Shown here: piece after piece, positions 9,690 through 17,858 of the stretch
How the letters are laid out: each line of letters opens with the position of its first letter
Numbering within the stretch: the first letter of the stretch is position 1
Source of the DNA: Cenarchaeum sp.
GTDB lineage: Archaea; Thermoproteota; Nitrososphaeria; Nitrososphaerales; Nitrosopumilaceae
Reading direction: 5' to 3'
DNA length: 32,000 nt
Assembly (NCBI GenBank): GCA_965206845.1
Contig: OZ242221.1
Location: 166,690-198,689 of the forward strand
Translations under genes and position numbers: made by a program
The notes under the pieces: model-generated
Databases searched by the model: none
The model's input: the letters and a program-made list of their open reading frames with translations, nothing else
Told to the model about the DNA's origin: nothing

Positions 9690-10137
9690 GCGCAAGACTG
9701 CTTCCGTGAAGCTGCCTTGAATGCAAGTACGGGAGTGTGCGCAACCGACCAACTCACAGCGGGCTGCAAAGTCTTTTCTTGAAAACCGGCCCAGCTGAAG
9801 CATGTTGTACACAAAATTCCATTCAATGCGGTCCCGGACGCGTCTCACTCCAGAGACTTGGTTCGTAATTAGCGCTCGGGCATAAAATAGCGCAATTTTC
9901 GGCATAATCGCGTAAAATTTGCTTATTTGAAAATGCACCTCTGTAAGAGTTGGACGAAAAAGACTTGGTTTTTAACTGCGGATCGTGCCTCAGGCAAGCG
10001 AGCCATTCCTGGATTAAATCACCGAATCGTGTGTGGGGCTTGGGTACCGTACGCAGCCTCGGATCAGCCGGCCCGGAATCGGGACGGTTGGGAATGTGTG
10101 CTTGGCGCAGGTGGGGCTTGGCAGAAACCGGATGCCC

Positions 10138-10674
10138 TCAGGAGGTAGACCGCTTTGCCGCCTTGGGCTTTGGGTCACGCTTCTCAATTAGGCTTGTCAT
10201 TGCTCTGTTGACTATCTCCATCATTACATACTGGGAGTAGGCCTTGTCTGCCTTTTTGCTTCTGGTGCCGCGCGCCGTCTCCGTTGCAAGTGTCTGGAAC
10301 ACGTTCTCCAGCCTCTCGGCGGTACTCTTGATGGTCGTTGCATACTTGACGCCAAAATCCTTTGGTGTGCCGTATTCTAATAATTTGATCGAGGTGCCAT
10401 AGTACTTTGTTATGGCACCCCGAGTCTCCTGTATTTTTACTATTTCGATCAGACCAGTCTCCTTTAAAACTTCCAAATGATGTCTAATCGTCGTGGTTGC
10501 CTTTTTGTAACCTGATTTGAGTAGATTGTTTGCAATCTGTTCGGTCGAAAGGGACTTTCGGTACAGGACTTCGAGTATTTTTACACGCACAGGGTCTTCC
10601 AACGCGTGTGCGTGAACTAGACTAGTCGTCACAGTTCTGCATACTTGGACTGGTCTGTCTAGCAGGGTCGACAT
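10138..10674 (-). CDS. ArsR-family winged-helix transcriptional regulator with a C-terminal helical extension.
   Basis: MSTLLDRPVQ...ALEDPVRVKILEVLYRKSLSTEQIANNLLKSGYKKATTTIRHHLEVLKETGLIEIVKIQETRG matches the ArsR/SmtB HTH pattern. I chose the ATG at 10674 because CTTTAAAAC lies 20-28 nt upstream of it. The longer ORF (to 10824) adds 50 non-conserved-looking residues. Confidence 0.8.
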   Translation of the reverse strand: MSTLLDRPVQVCRTVTTSLVHAHALEDPVRVKILEVLYRKSLSTEQIANNLLKSGYKKATTTIRHHLEVLKETGLIEIVKIQETRGAITKYYGTSIKLLEYGTPKDFGVKYATTIKSTAERLENVFQTLATETARGTRSKKADKAYSQYVMMEIVNRAMTSLIEKRDPKPKAAKRSTS

Positions 10675-10733
10675 TGTCCATACCTCCTTGGGTGTTTTAA
10701 AGTGGCCACTTGTCACATTTTGTTGTCCAAAGA

Positions 10734-10749
10734 GATCAAACTTTTGATC
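10734..10749. promoter_or_regulatory. 16-bp palindrome GATCAAA-CT-TTTGATC upstream of the ArsR-family gene. Candidate operator.
   Basis: 7-bp perfect arms with a 2-nt spacer, located about 60-75 nt upstream of the proposed start at 10674. ArsR-family regulators typically bind inverted repeats near their own promoters. Confidence 0.3.
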
Positions 10750-10970
10750 GAACTGGAGCATGGCCGTCGTAGCGATACAGGCGCCATAGGGGCCCTGCAA
10801 CCTGCACTGGACGGCGCCAGCCATCTTGTTGTGTGATATGGTGCAAACACCTGCCGCTGTAGCGGCACTGTGCAGATACAGAACCGGAGCCCACGCCTAT
10901 GCGAATCCGTCATGCCGGCACAAATGCACCAGTAACGGCGCTGCTCGTATAGCTGCAAAACAGCGTGCGC

Positions 10971-11150
10971 TGTACCGGTATGACACATGTTGTACCGGTA
11001 TGATGCACGCTGCGCCCGTACGGGTTTTATCATACCGGTGCATGCCACATCATATCGGTACAGGCTACATCATACCGGTACAGGCTACATCATACCGGTA
11101 CAGGCTACATCATACCGGTACAGACCACGTCACACCGGTACAGGTTCCAT
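10971..11150. repeat. Tandem array of nine 20-bp units, consensus CATACCGGTACAGGCTACAT with a palindromic TACCGGTA core.
   Basis: The phase is exactly 20 bp from 10971 to 11150. Three units are perfect (11061-11120: caggctacatcataccggta x3) and the units on both sides are progressively degenerate. ORFs called here (10826..11155, 10987..11220) are repeat artefacts (YRYRLHHTGTGYIIPVQATS...). Confidence 0.9.
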
Positions 11151-11168
11151 TGTAAACGGCGGAAAAAC

Positions 11169-11200
11169 GGGCGGATCGGGGGCGCCGGGGGGGCCGGGGG
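11169..11200 (+). other. G-quadruplex-type G-tract (GGG-N6-GGGGG-N4-GGGGGGG-N2-GGGGG).
   Basis: The sequence is gggcggatcgggggcgccgggggggccggggg. It has four runs of 3 or more G with loops of 7 nt or less, immediately next to the 20-bp array. Confidence 0.4.
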
Positions 11201-11351
11201 CCGGATCACGGGCATTTTGAGCCATTTTGGCGATCCTGTGAATTCGAGTTGTACCGTAGGCTCATTTGATGCCGGTGATGCAACCAAAGAAACCAGAGAT
11301 GTTGGCAGACACTACAGAGGTGCACGGAATCCCATAGATATTGCCTGGGGA

Positions 11352-12182
11352 CTATACCCGTAGGCTCTGGCCGGTTATCCGTTCGTAGGCCTCGATGTAC
11401 CTAGATGTCATCCTTTGAACTATCTCCGGGGGAATTACAGGGGCCGCCGGATCCCGTCCTGCATCGCGGTCACGCTCGAACCTCTCCTGATAGCCTGCCG
11501 CAGTAAGCCAGTCGCGCAGAATCTGCTTGTCGTAGGCATCCTGCACGCTTCCGATGCTGTGGTTCTGCTTCAGCCAGAGTCGGTACTCGTCAGGCCCAAT
11601 CGAGTCGCCTAAGACAATCCGCCCGTCCAGCCTGCCAAACTCCAGCTTTAGATCCGCCAAAATAAATCCTGCATCATCTGCAATACCTGCCATCTGGCGG
11701 TATATCAGGACAGACGCCTCCTCAAGCCAGTCGTACTCACTGCTGGTGGCGAGCCCCGCCTGAACCGCCTCCCGTCTTGTTACTGGAGTGTCGTGGGTCG
11801 ACTTTGTCGTGGGATCAAACACTGGTTCTGGAAGCCTTGCCGCCAGCCGGGTATCGGTACCCTCTGCAAGGGATACACGGCCGGCCCTAAAGCGGTCCGC
11901 CAAGCTTCCGTAAAAGTATCCGCGTACGACGCACTCTAACGGAAGCATATCCATCCTTCTCACGACAATCTCAGTATCAGACCGCCTCTCCACAAAGTGG
12001 CTCTCCGCAGGCAGTCTGTCAAACCAGAACTCGGCAAACCTGCAGAGAACCTCACCCTTTTTTGGAATACTCTCCTGAAACTTTACGTCGTACGCTGATA
12101 CGCGCTCGCTGAACCGGAAGAGCAGGTGTCCGCCGTCCAGTTCGTATATGTCCTTGACCTTGCCAGAGCCCAGAAATTTCAC
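11352..12182 (-). CDS. purC: Phosphoribosylaminoimidazole-succinocarboxamide (SAICAR) synthase.
   Basis: 276-aa ORF with a GTG start. [27 protein letters not shown]..., [14 protein letters not shown] and [10 protein letters not shown] are the characteristic SAICAR synthetase motifs. Confidence 0.92.
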   Translation of the reverse strand: MKFLGSGKVKDIYELDGGHLLFRFSERVSAYDVKFQESIPKKGEVLCRFAEFWFDRLPAESHFVERRSDTEIVVRRMDMLPLECVVRGYFYGSLADRFRAGRVSLAEGTDTRLAARLPEPVFDPTTKSTHDTPVTRREAVQAGLATSSEYDWLEEASVLIYRQMAGIADDAGFILADLKLEFGRLDGRIVLGDSIGPDEYRLWLKQNHSIGSVQDAYDKQILRDWLTAAGYQERFERDRDAGRDPAAPVIPPEIVQRMTSRYIEAYERITGQSLRV

Positions 12183-12319
12183 GCGCTGACTACCTCGCGG
12201 TTGGATTTAACTTGTGGTGTTCAAGATCCCAAACCCACGGGCGTGCAGCCACAAAGCACCTGTAAAGATGGCTCTGCAGGCAACCGGCTTGCGCTGGCAC
12301 ATGCGGTACGGCAGTCTGG

Positions 12320-12706
12320 TCAGGAGCCCATCATGCCCACCATCTTTGGCAGTTCCCGGTATGCCTTGCTCACAAATACGCCCGGGTCTGCCGACACCTG
12401 GACAAACTCCATCGAGTTGTTCGGTGGGGGCGAGACGATCACCTTTTGCCGGGGCTCCATGGTTCCCAGATCCAGCGTTTCGCCGCCGCCAAAGTTTACC
12501 CTCACATTGGACAGGGGCTGGAATCCTGTATTTTGAATGGTGATGCGGCCGGTAGTGAACAGGTTTTGCTTGTCGATTATCGGATCCACAAACAGCTCAT
12601 AGTCCTGCCCCCCGATGGTCATCTTTGCAACATCCATCCCAAAGACGACCGCCATTATGACTATGGCCGCCACGCCAGCAATGACTAGCCCGGTGTAGGT
12701 ATTCAC
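12320..12706 (-). CDS. Small membrane-anchored hypothetical protein.
   Basis: 128-aa ORF with a GTG start and an N-terminal TM segment (GLVIAGVAAIVIMAVVFGM) followed by a beta-rich domain. TTAATTATTATAAG lies about 20-30 nt upstream. Confidence 0.65.
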   Translation of the reverse strand: MNTYTGLVIAGVAAIVIMAVVFGMDVAKMTIGGQDYELFVDPIIDKQNLFTTGRITIQNTGFQPLSNVRVNFGGGETLDLGTMEPRQKVIVSPPPNNSMEFVQVSADPGVFVSKAYRELPKMVGMMGS

Positions 12707-12864
12707 TGTAGCAGGGTGGTTCTTATAATAATTAAGAATGTTGACTGCACTGCTCAGACAGCAGAGTAAGGCCGAGACGGGCAGTCAGAAGGGCGCCGAA
12801 ATAAAAGAACCAAGCCGTTGATCACCGACTTGGCCGATGGTCGCTTGCCTGACACCTGTCACGC

Positions 12865-13143
12865 CTAGCTGAACATTTGTCCCGGGGGCATGGATCTCTT
12901 CTGAAGCGATGTCTTCTCTACAGAGAACGTCCTGTTGGATGGAATTATGGACAGTTTTACCGACGTGTTGATTGCATAGTGGGTGGTCCCATCAGGATTT
13001 TTGAAGTTGGTTGCCTTGCCTACCCGGTCAAGATCCACCTTGACCTTTACAACCGTTCCGTCTTCCAGCTTGAACGACACGTACTCGTTCTCCAGCCTCT
13101 CATAGTCCAGCACCTCAAATTCGATCTTCTCTTTGCCGCTCAT
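12865..13143 (-). CDS. Small hypothetical protein (92 aa).
   Basis: The ORF is 12865..13206. I prefer the start at internal Met 22 (MSGKEKIEFEVLDYERLENEYVSFKLEDGTVVKVKVDL...) because the upstream 21 residues are Cys-rich and atypical. Composition is protein-like; no family recognised. Confidence 0.55.
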   Translation of the reverse strand: MSGKEKIEFEVLDYERLENEYVSFKLEDGTVVKVKVDLDRVGKATNFKNPDGTTHYAINTSVKLSIIPSNRTFSVEKTSLQKRSMPPGQMFS

Positions 13144-13274
13144 ACAGCATGCTACAATGAGGAAATATTTGGTTGTTTCCCGGCAGGCCGTGCAGATACC
13201 GTGCAACAGGCCTCCTGCCAGGTCGCAATACGGACAAGCCGACCCACGGAGGATGTTCTAAAACGGAATAGAGC

Positions 13275-14822
13275 CTAATACAGGTGGCTTGCGAGCTTGA
13301 TCTGATCCTGTGCAGAGATTACGTTCTTCTCGGCGAGCAAGTCCAACAGCTCCTCCAGCATCTTTTTGTGGGTAGAGGATAGCTCCACTACGGCCTGCTT
13401 GTCGTCGTCGGCGCTGCCAGGCGGGCCGCTTGGGCCAGGCGGACCCGTCGGCCCTGTAGAGCCGCGCTTTCCCTGCGGACCCTGAATCCCCTGTGGGCCA
13501 TGTGGTCCCGGTTCGCCAGGAGCTCCCTCCGGTCCGCGCCCTCCTTGTGGACCGGGCTTGCCGGCGGGACCTCTCACTCCAGGCTCCCCCTGCCGGCCAG
13601 GCATGCCAATGGGGCCACTTGTGCCTATCTCACCCTGCGAACCGCGGGGCCCTTTCTCGCCTGACGGGCCAACTGGTCCCTTGTCGCCTGAAGGGCCAGA
13701 AGGCCCTCTCCCTCCCAGTGCCCCGATGTGGCCTTTGTCACCGCGATCCCCCTTGTCCCCGGTCAGCCCCTTGGGTCCGAGGGATCCCTTGTCACCCTGG
13801 GAACCCATAGGCCCATCAGGGCCCTTGTCGCCCTTGGCCCCAGCAGATCCGCGCTCTCCCAGGGGGCCCTTGTCGCCGCGATCCCCTTTGTCGCCTGTCA
13901 GTCCCTTGCGCCCCGGAGGACCCTTGTCTCCCTGAGGCCCTGCTGGTCCATTCTCGCCCTTGTTGCCAAGGGGTCCGCGCCCGCCTGTGGCGCCCTTGTC
14001 ACCGCGATCCCCAATGCCACCAGTCAGTCCCTTAGGACCTATGTTTCCCTTGTCACCTGTTGGCCCCCTGAGGCCTGCGGAGCCCTTGTTGCCCCGCAAA
14101 CCTGGAGAGCCGACGGGGCCCTTATCGCCTGTCTGACCCCTGCGGCCTGCGGAGCCCTTGTTGCCACGAGGGCCAGGATGGCCGACGGGGCCCTTATCGC
14201 CTGCCTGACCCCTGCGGCCTGCGGAGCCCTTGTTGCCACGAGGGCCTGGTGGGCCTGATGGGCCCCTGTCGCCACGGAGGCCAGGAGTATCTGTTAAGTC
14301 CATGTCATCTGCAGATCCGGCAGGCTCCCCGTCATCTGCAGATCCTGATCCGGCACCTTCTGATCGGCGCGGCTCCTCGTCTACGGCGAGGCCTCCCGGA
14401 TCACCCTCTGTGCCATCCACATCCTCTGACGGTTTTGGAGCTCTAGTCTTACCGGGTGCATCCTGATCATCGGGCTGGCTCCGGACAATGGGTTTTGATT
14501 TTTTACCAGACCGGGATGCAGCGTGCACATCCACATCAAAAACGGAAAACAGTGGAGAGAACTGATCGATTGCCACTATCCAAGCCTTCGTCAGAGCAAG
14601 GACGCCCTTGGGCAAAGGATTCTCCGGGCTGCCCAGAACCTCAGAGTACATCCCATCGGTGATGCTCAAGTGGAAGTCCTGTTTCCAAAGGGATGAAATC
14701 TTGCCTGAAATGATATCAAGACCGTCGGGCTCGGATCCGACTATATGTATGGTTATCTCATATATTCCCGGATTTTTAAACGGCGCAGGTCCACGTACCG
14801 GTATTTGTGGGATGGACATCAT
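13275..14822 (-). CDS. Collagen-like triple-helix repeat protein: ~105-aa N-terminal domain, acidic linker, ~96 G-X-Y triplets, 46-aa C-terminal helical tail.
   Basis: 515-aa ORF. G-X-Y runs uninterrupted from [19 protein letters not shown]... to ...[13 protein letters not shown] (96 triplets by my count, roughly nt 13416-14283). It is rich in GDK, GDR and GPx triplets. The C-terminus is ...[30 protein letters not shown]. No N-terminal signal peptide is evident. Confidence 0.9.
   Translation of the reverse strand: MMSIPQIPVRGPAPFKNPGIYEITIHIVGSEPDGLDIISGKISSLWKQDFHLSITDGMYSEVLGSPENPLPKGVLALTKAWIVAIDQFSPLFSVFDVDVHAASRSGKKSKPIVRSQPDDQDAPGKTRAPKPSEDVDGTEGDPGGLAVDEEPRRSEGAGSGSADDGEPAGSADDMDLTDTPGLRGDRGPSGPPGPRGNKGSAGRRGQAGDKGPVGHPGPRGNKGSAGRRGQTGDKGPVGSPGLRGNKGSAGLRGPTGDKGNIGPKGLTGGIGDRGDKGATGGRGPLGNKGENGPAGPQGDKGPPGRKGLTGDKGDRGDKGPLGERGSAGAKGDKGPDGPMGSQGDKGSLGPKGLTGDKGDRGDKGHIGALGGRGPSGPSGDKGPVGPSGEKGPRGSQGEIGTSGPIGMPGRQGEPGVRGPAGKPGPQGGRGPEGAPGEPGPHGPQGIQGPQGKRGSTGPTGPPGPSGPPGSADDDKQAVVELSSTHKKMLEELLDLLAEKNVISAQDQIKLASHLY
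14109..14252. repeat. Two 72-nt (24-aa) tandem units within the collagen-like region, with a third diverged unit at about 14037-14108.
   Basis: Units 14109-14180 and 14181-14252 differ at about 4 of 72 positions. They encode [15 protein letters not shown](A/T)GDKGPVG(H/S). Confidence 0.85.
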
Positions 14823-14864
14823 ACTTTACTTGCAAAACAGCTATTTCTGCATTTAGACGAAGTA

Positions 14865-16096
14865 GGCTGTGTCCCACGGACATATACTCCCTCAAAATCG
14901 CAAGGCATAATGATCCAATGATCGCGGCTCGACCCAATGAAAAAAATAAAACGCGATCAGCGACCATACGAGCTGGTCCAGCAGCATCTGTCGGGCCTCA
15001 TACTGAGCACGATACTGGGGATAGTTGAGGATCTGGGCGACCCATACCGGGCCAAGCCCGGACTGGGCGGCATGACCGCCTACCCGCCAAAGGCCATGGC
15101 CGTCGTCTGCATTCTCATGGAAGCAGAGGCGCGCACCTACCGAAAGATGGTGGGCCACCTCAGGATGAACCGGGGCCTCGCCATGAAGATAGGGCTGCCC
15201 AAGATACCCTCAAAGAGCACCATATGGCGCGCCTACGGCATGATCCCCGAGCCATACCTGCGTGAGGTCCACACGAGGATCATCGGCGACGTCATGGTGA
15301 CCGGTTCGGTGGCCGGGGACAGCACCGGCTACTCCGGCAACAGGTTCGTTCGGTGGTTCAGCATCCGCCACGGCCAGGTCAGGCTCAAGCGCGGCTGGGT
15401 CAAGCTGCACAGCATCGTCGATGTCTCCACCAGGACCGTCCTAGACTACCTAGTCACCGACGGGTACGCCTCCGACATCACAGGATTGTGGCCGATGCTG
15501 GGAAGGATCGAAGAAGGCGCCGACTTCTTCTGCCTGGACTCGGCCTACCTGGCCAGGAAGATCTGCGACGCCATATCCGACAAGGGCATGGTACCGCGCA
15601 TCCGGCCCAAGTCCAATACCGTCTGCAAGAACGGGGGCAGCCAGGCCTGGGGCGATATGACCAGAACGCACAGGGACGAGCTGGCCCGGTTCATGGACGA
15701 GTACCACCAGCGCAGCATCATCGAGGCCGTCTTTGGCGCAATCAAGAAAATGTACGGAAACCATCTTCGGAGCCGTAGGCGCGCCCGGCAGAGCCGGGAG
15801 ATAGCAATCCGGGTCATCTGCTACAACATCGAGGTGGTCACGCGATCGCACGTAAAAAGCGGCAGGCTCACGCACGAGTCGCTCACTGCAATGGCTGCCT
15901 GACTGGCGCGGTGACCGCCGCGCCGTCCGTGGGGGAGCCTGCGCACCACCCCTTGGATCGGATGAGATTTTACGGTTTCGGACAGACTTTGAAGCCGGTG
16001 ATATGCGAAAAATGCCACAATCCCAAGAATTCGGATAATGCCGTACCGGCACGGCATCAGCGGATGATTGTGGGGTTATGCCTCTAGGACACAGCC
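14865..16096 (+). mobile_element. Intact IS element (IS4/IS5-type DDE transposase), 1232 bp, with terminal inverted repeats and a 9-bp target-site duplication.
   Basis: The left end GGCTGTGTCC (14865-14874) is the reverse complement of the right end GGACACAGCC (16087-16096). A further subterminal match exists (AGGCATAA...CAAT.ATC). The element is flanked by the direct repeat GACGAAGTA at 14856-14864 and 16097-16105. Confidence 0.85.
14937..15902 (+). CDS. DDE transposase, IS4/IS5 superfamily.
   Basis: 321-aa ORF with candidate catalytic residues in GDSTGY and CLDSAY, and a Y-x2-R-x3-E-x6-K signature in YHQRSIIEAVFGAIKK. Confidence 0.88.
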   Translation: MKKIKRDQRPYELVQQHLSGLILSTILGIVEDLGDPYRAKPGLGGMTAYPPKAMAVVCILMEAEARTYRKMVGHLRMNRGLAMKIGLPKIPSKSTIWRAYGMIPEPYLREVHTRIIGDVMVTGSVAGDSTGYSGNRFVRWFSIRHGQVRLKRGWVKLHSIVDVSTRTVLDYLVTDGYASDITGLWPMLGRIEEGADFFCLDSAYLARKICDAISDKGMVPRIRPKSNTVCKNGGSQAWGDMTRTHRDELARFMDEYHQRSIIEAVFGAIKKMYGNHLRSRRRARQSREIAIRVICYNIEVVTRSHVKSGRLTHESLTAMAA

Positions 16097-16172
16097 GACG
16101 AAGTACCAGAATGGGGTCGCCTGCCGCCTCGTACCAGTCGTGAAGACTCTTCCGAATATGCGTTTTCGTACC

Positions 16173-17241
16173 TGGGCAGAAGTGTATTGTAACAAAACTA
16201 TGTCCTCCCCAGATCAGACGCACTCTGCGCGAATTTATTAGGTTACACTATCCAAGACGCCTGATGCCGGTCAAGCTGGATGACGACAAAATCAAGTACG
16301 TCATTCGCGAGAAGGAGAAAGGGACCCTCAACGCCACAATAGCTGAAAGCATGAAGATCAGCTCACGACATGTGCGACGCCTTTGGGCCAAGTACAGGAG
16401 TACCGGCTCGTTGCCGACGATCAGCAGTGGCGGCCGACCTGCCACCAAGACAATATCTGATGAGGAAGTCGAGATGGTGCTGGCCGAGTGCAGGAGAGGC
16501 TGTTCGGGGGTGGGACGGGTCACCAAGGCATTGGCGGACAAAAACATAAGCGGCCGCACCGTATACAACATAATGAAAAAACATGGGCTGGTGGAGTCGT
16601 GCCCCGCAAAGGCAAAAAAACGCAAATGGGTGAGATTTGAGCGGCAGTACTCTAACGCCATGTGGCATACGGACTGGCATGTCATGAAGGACTTCCGCGT
16701 GAGGGATCTGAACCTGATCACGTACCTGGACGATGCCTCGCGATGCGTCACCGGATACGGCGTGTTCAAAGAAGCAACCGGCCTGAATGCCGTGGAGGTG
16801 CTCAGGCAGGCAATTCTGGCGTTTGGCACCCCGGCATCCATCCTGTCGGACAACGGATCCTGCTTTGTGGGCGTGCGAAGCGGCACGCCGAAGGGAACAT
16901 GGACGCCTACTATCTTTGAGAGCGAGCTTCTGGATCGCGGCATACAGCTGATAAACTCAAGGCCGTACCATCCCCAGACCAACGGTAAGCTGGAGAGGTT
17001 CCACAGGACACTGGAGACCGAGGTGGGGCGGCACGACAGTTTGGACGACTTCGTCACGTACTACAACGAGAGGCGGCTGCATTGGTCGCTTGACATAGAC
17101 AACCACCAGACGCCGCTCAAGGCGTTCCATGATAAGGGGACGTATGAAACTATAAGAGTAGACAATCCAAACTGGATGGAGGTTGACATCCATGGATGAC
17201 CGGCGGACAAAGGGGGGAGGACATAGTTTTGTTACAATAGA
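16173..17241 (+). mobile_element. Intact IS481-type element, 1069 bp, with 28-bp terminal inverted repeats (1 mismatch) and 15-bp flanking direct repeats.
   Basis: The left end TGTATTGTAACAAAACTATGTCCTCCCC (16173-16200) matches the reverse complement of 17214-17241 (TCTATTGTAACAAAACTATGTCCTCCCC). The direct repeat GTACCTGGGCAGAAG lies at 16158-16172 and 17242-17256, abutting both ends. Confidence 0.85.
16264..17199 (+). CDS. Integrase-core (rve) DDE transposase with N-terminal HTH, IS481-like.
   Basis: 311-aa ORF. HTH region: TLNATIAESMKISSRHVRRLWAKY. DDE candidates: WHTDWH, LSDNGSCF and HPQTNGKLERFHRTL. Confidence 0.88.
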   Translation: MPVKLDDDKIKYVIREKEKGTLNATIAESMKISSRHVRRLWAKYRSTGSLPTISSGGRPATKTISDEEVEMVLAECRRGCSGVGRVTKALADKNISGRTVYNIMKKHGLVESCPAKAKKRKWVRFERQYSNAMWHTDWHVMKDFRVRDLNLITYLDDASRCVTGYGVFKEATGLNAVEVLRQAILAFGTPASILSDNGSCFVGVRSGTPKGTWTPTIFESELLDRGIQLINSRPYHPQTNGKLERFHRTLETEVGRHDSLDDFVTYYNERRLHWSLDIDNHQTPLKAFHDKGTYETIRVDNPNWMEVDIHG

Positions 17242-17369
17242 GTACCTGGGCAGAAGGGGACACGATCTCACACATGCACAGAGCCATGCCACAGCTCATT
17301 TGAGCGCAGGCGCATGTGTTTCAGACTGGCCATTGCGCCCTGTCTTGTGGGGAACGCAGCGATCTGCAT

Positions 17370-17858
17370 TCAAGCAAACTTTCCCATCTGCCTGATCCGC
17401 CTCTCCCTTAGAAGCCGGTACGCGCTCAGACCGTTAAAAGAGAATATCACCACAAGGCCCACATACGCTAGGGACTGGCTGTGCTCGATGAGCACCGCCG
17501 AGACGCCGCTTCCAAGAACACTGGGCAGAAGTGACAGGATGTAGAGCCACCAGCCGCAGCATCCCAACGGAACCAGCGAAAAGAACGAGAAGAATGACGT
17601 CGCAGCGGTGCTGCCGGAGCTCCCGCCGATTCTCTTCTTTCTGTCAATCCGGCAGCCAATCTTCTTGCCACTTTCTGAGATAAGCACCTGGAGTCCGACA
17701 CCGACACCCATTCCCAGGATCACTACGGTGTTCAGCTCAAAGGCGGCAGTTACGGCAGATGCTGCCGGAAGTGCAGGGGTCGTGGCGACTACCACCACCA
17801 AGTAGACTGCGATCGTGGCGGCTCCTGCCATCAGCGACTTGGCTACGGGCCTCATCAC
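17370..17858 (-). CDS. Integral membrane protein (~4 TM) with an intramembrane vicinal Cys pair (GCCGWW).
   Basis: 162-aa ORF with hydrophobic segments AGAATIAVYLVVVVA, TVVILGMGVGVGLQVLI, FFSFFSLVPLGCCGWWLYILSLLP and LAYVGLVVIFSF. Its ATG overlaps the stop of the upstream DUF3179 gene by 4 nt (17855-17858). Confidence 0.7.
   Translation of the reverse strand: MMRPVAKSLMAGAATIAVYLVVVVATTPALPAASAVTAAFELNTVVILGMGVGVGLQVLISESGKKIGCRIDRKKRIGGSSGSTAATSFFSFFSLVPLGCCGWWLYILSLLPSVLGSGVSAVLIEHSQSLAYVGLVVIFSFNGLSAYRLLRERRIRQMGKFA

Noticed and set aside
9651-10240. ORFs 9651..9938 (minus), 9927..10148 and 9950..10240 (plus) in the gap downstream of the ArsR-family gene.
   Set aside because: None looks protein-like, and the region is AT-patchy and likely intergenic. 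I could not identify an RNA gene there by eye.
10826-11287. ORFs 10826..11155, 10987..11220, 10713..11048 (minus) and 11105..11287 (minus).
   Set aside because: They are translations of the 20-bp tandem array and G-tract (periodic YRYRLHHTGTG...). There is no start context and no protein-like composition.
13493-14466. ORFs in five other frames over the collagen-like region (for example 13558..13935 at 125 aa, 13728..14258 at 176 aa, 14039..14275 on the minus strand).
   Set aside because: They are frame-shifted or antisense readings of (GGN-NNN-NNN)n DNA, which gives Pro/Leu/Ser or Ala/Arg-rich strings. Only the G-X-Y frame runs through the whole 1.5-kb ORF with proper N- and C-terminal domains.
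15450-17292. Minus-strand ORFs 15450..16223 (257 aa), 16248..17057 (269 aa) and 16957..17292 (111 aa).
   Set aside because: They are antisense to two transposase genes with clear catalytic motifs, span IS boundaries, and have Arg/Ser/Pro-rich composition.
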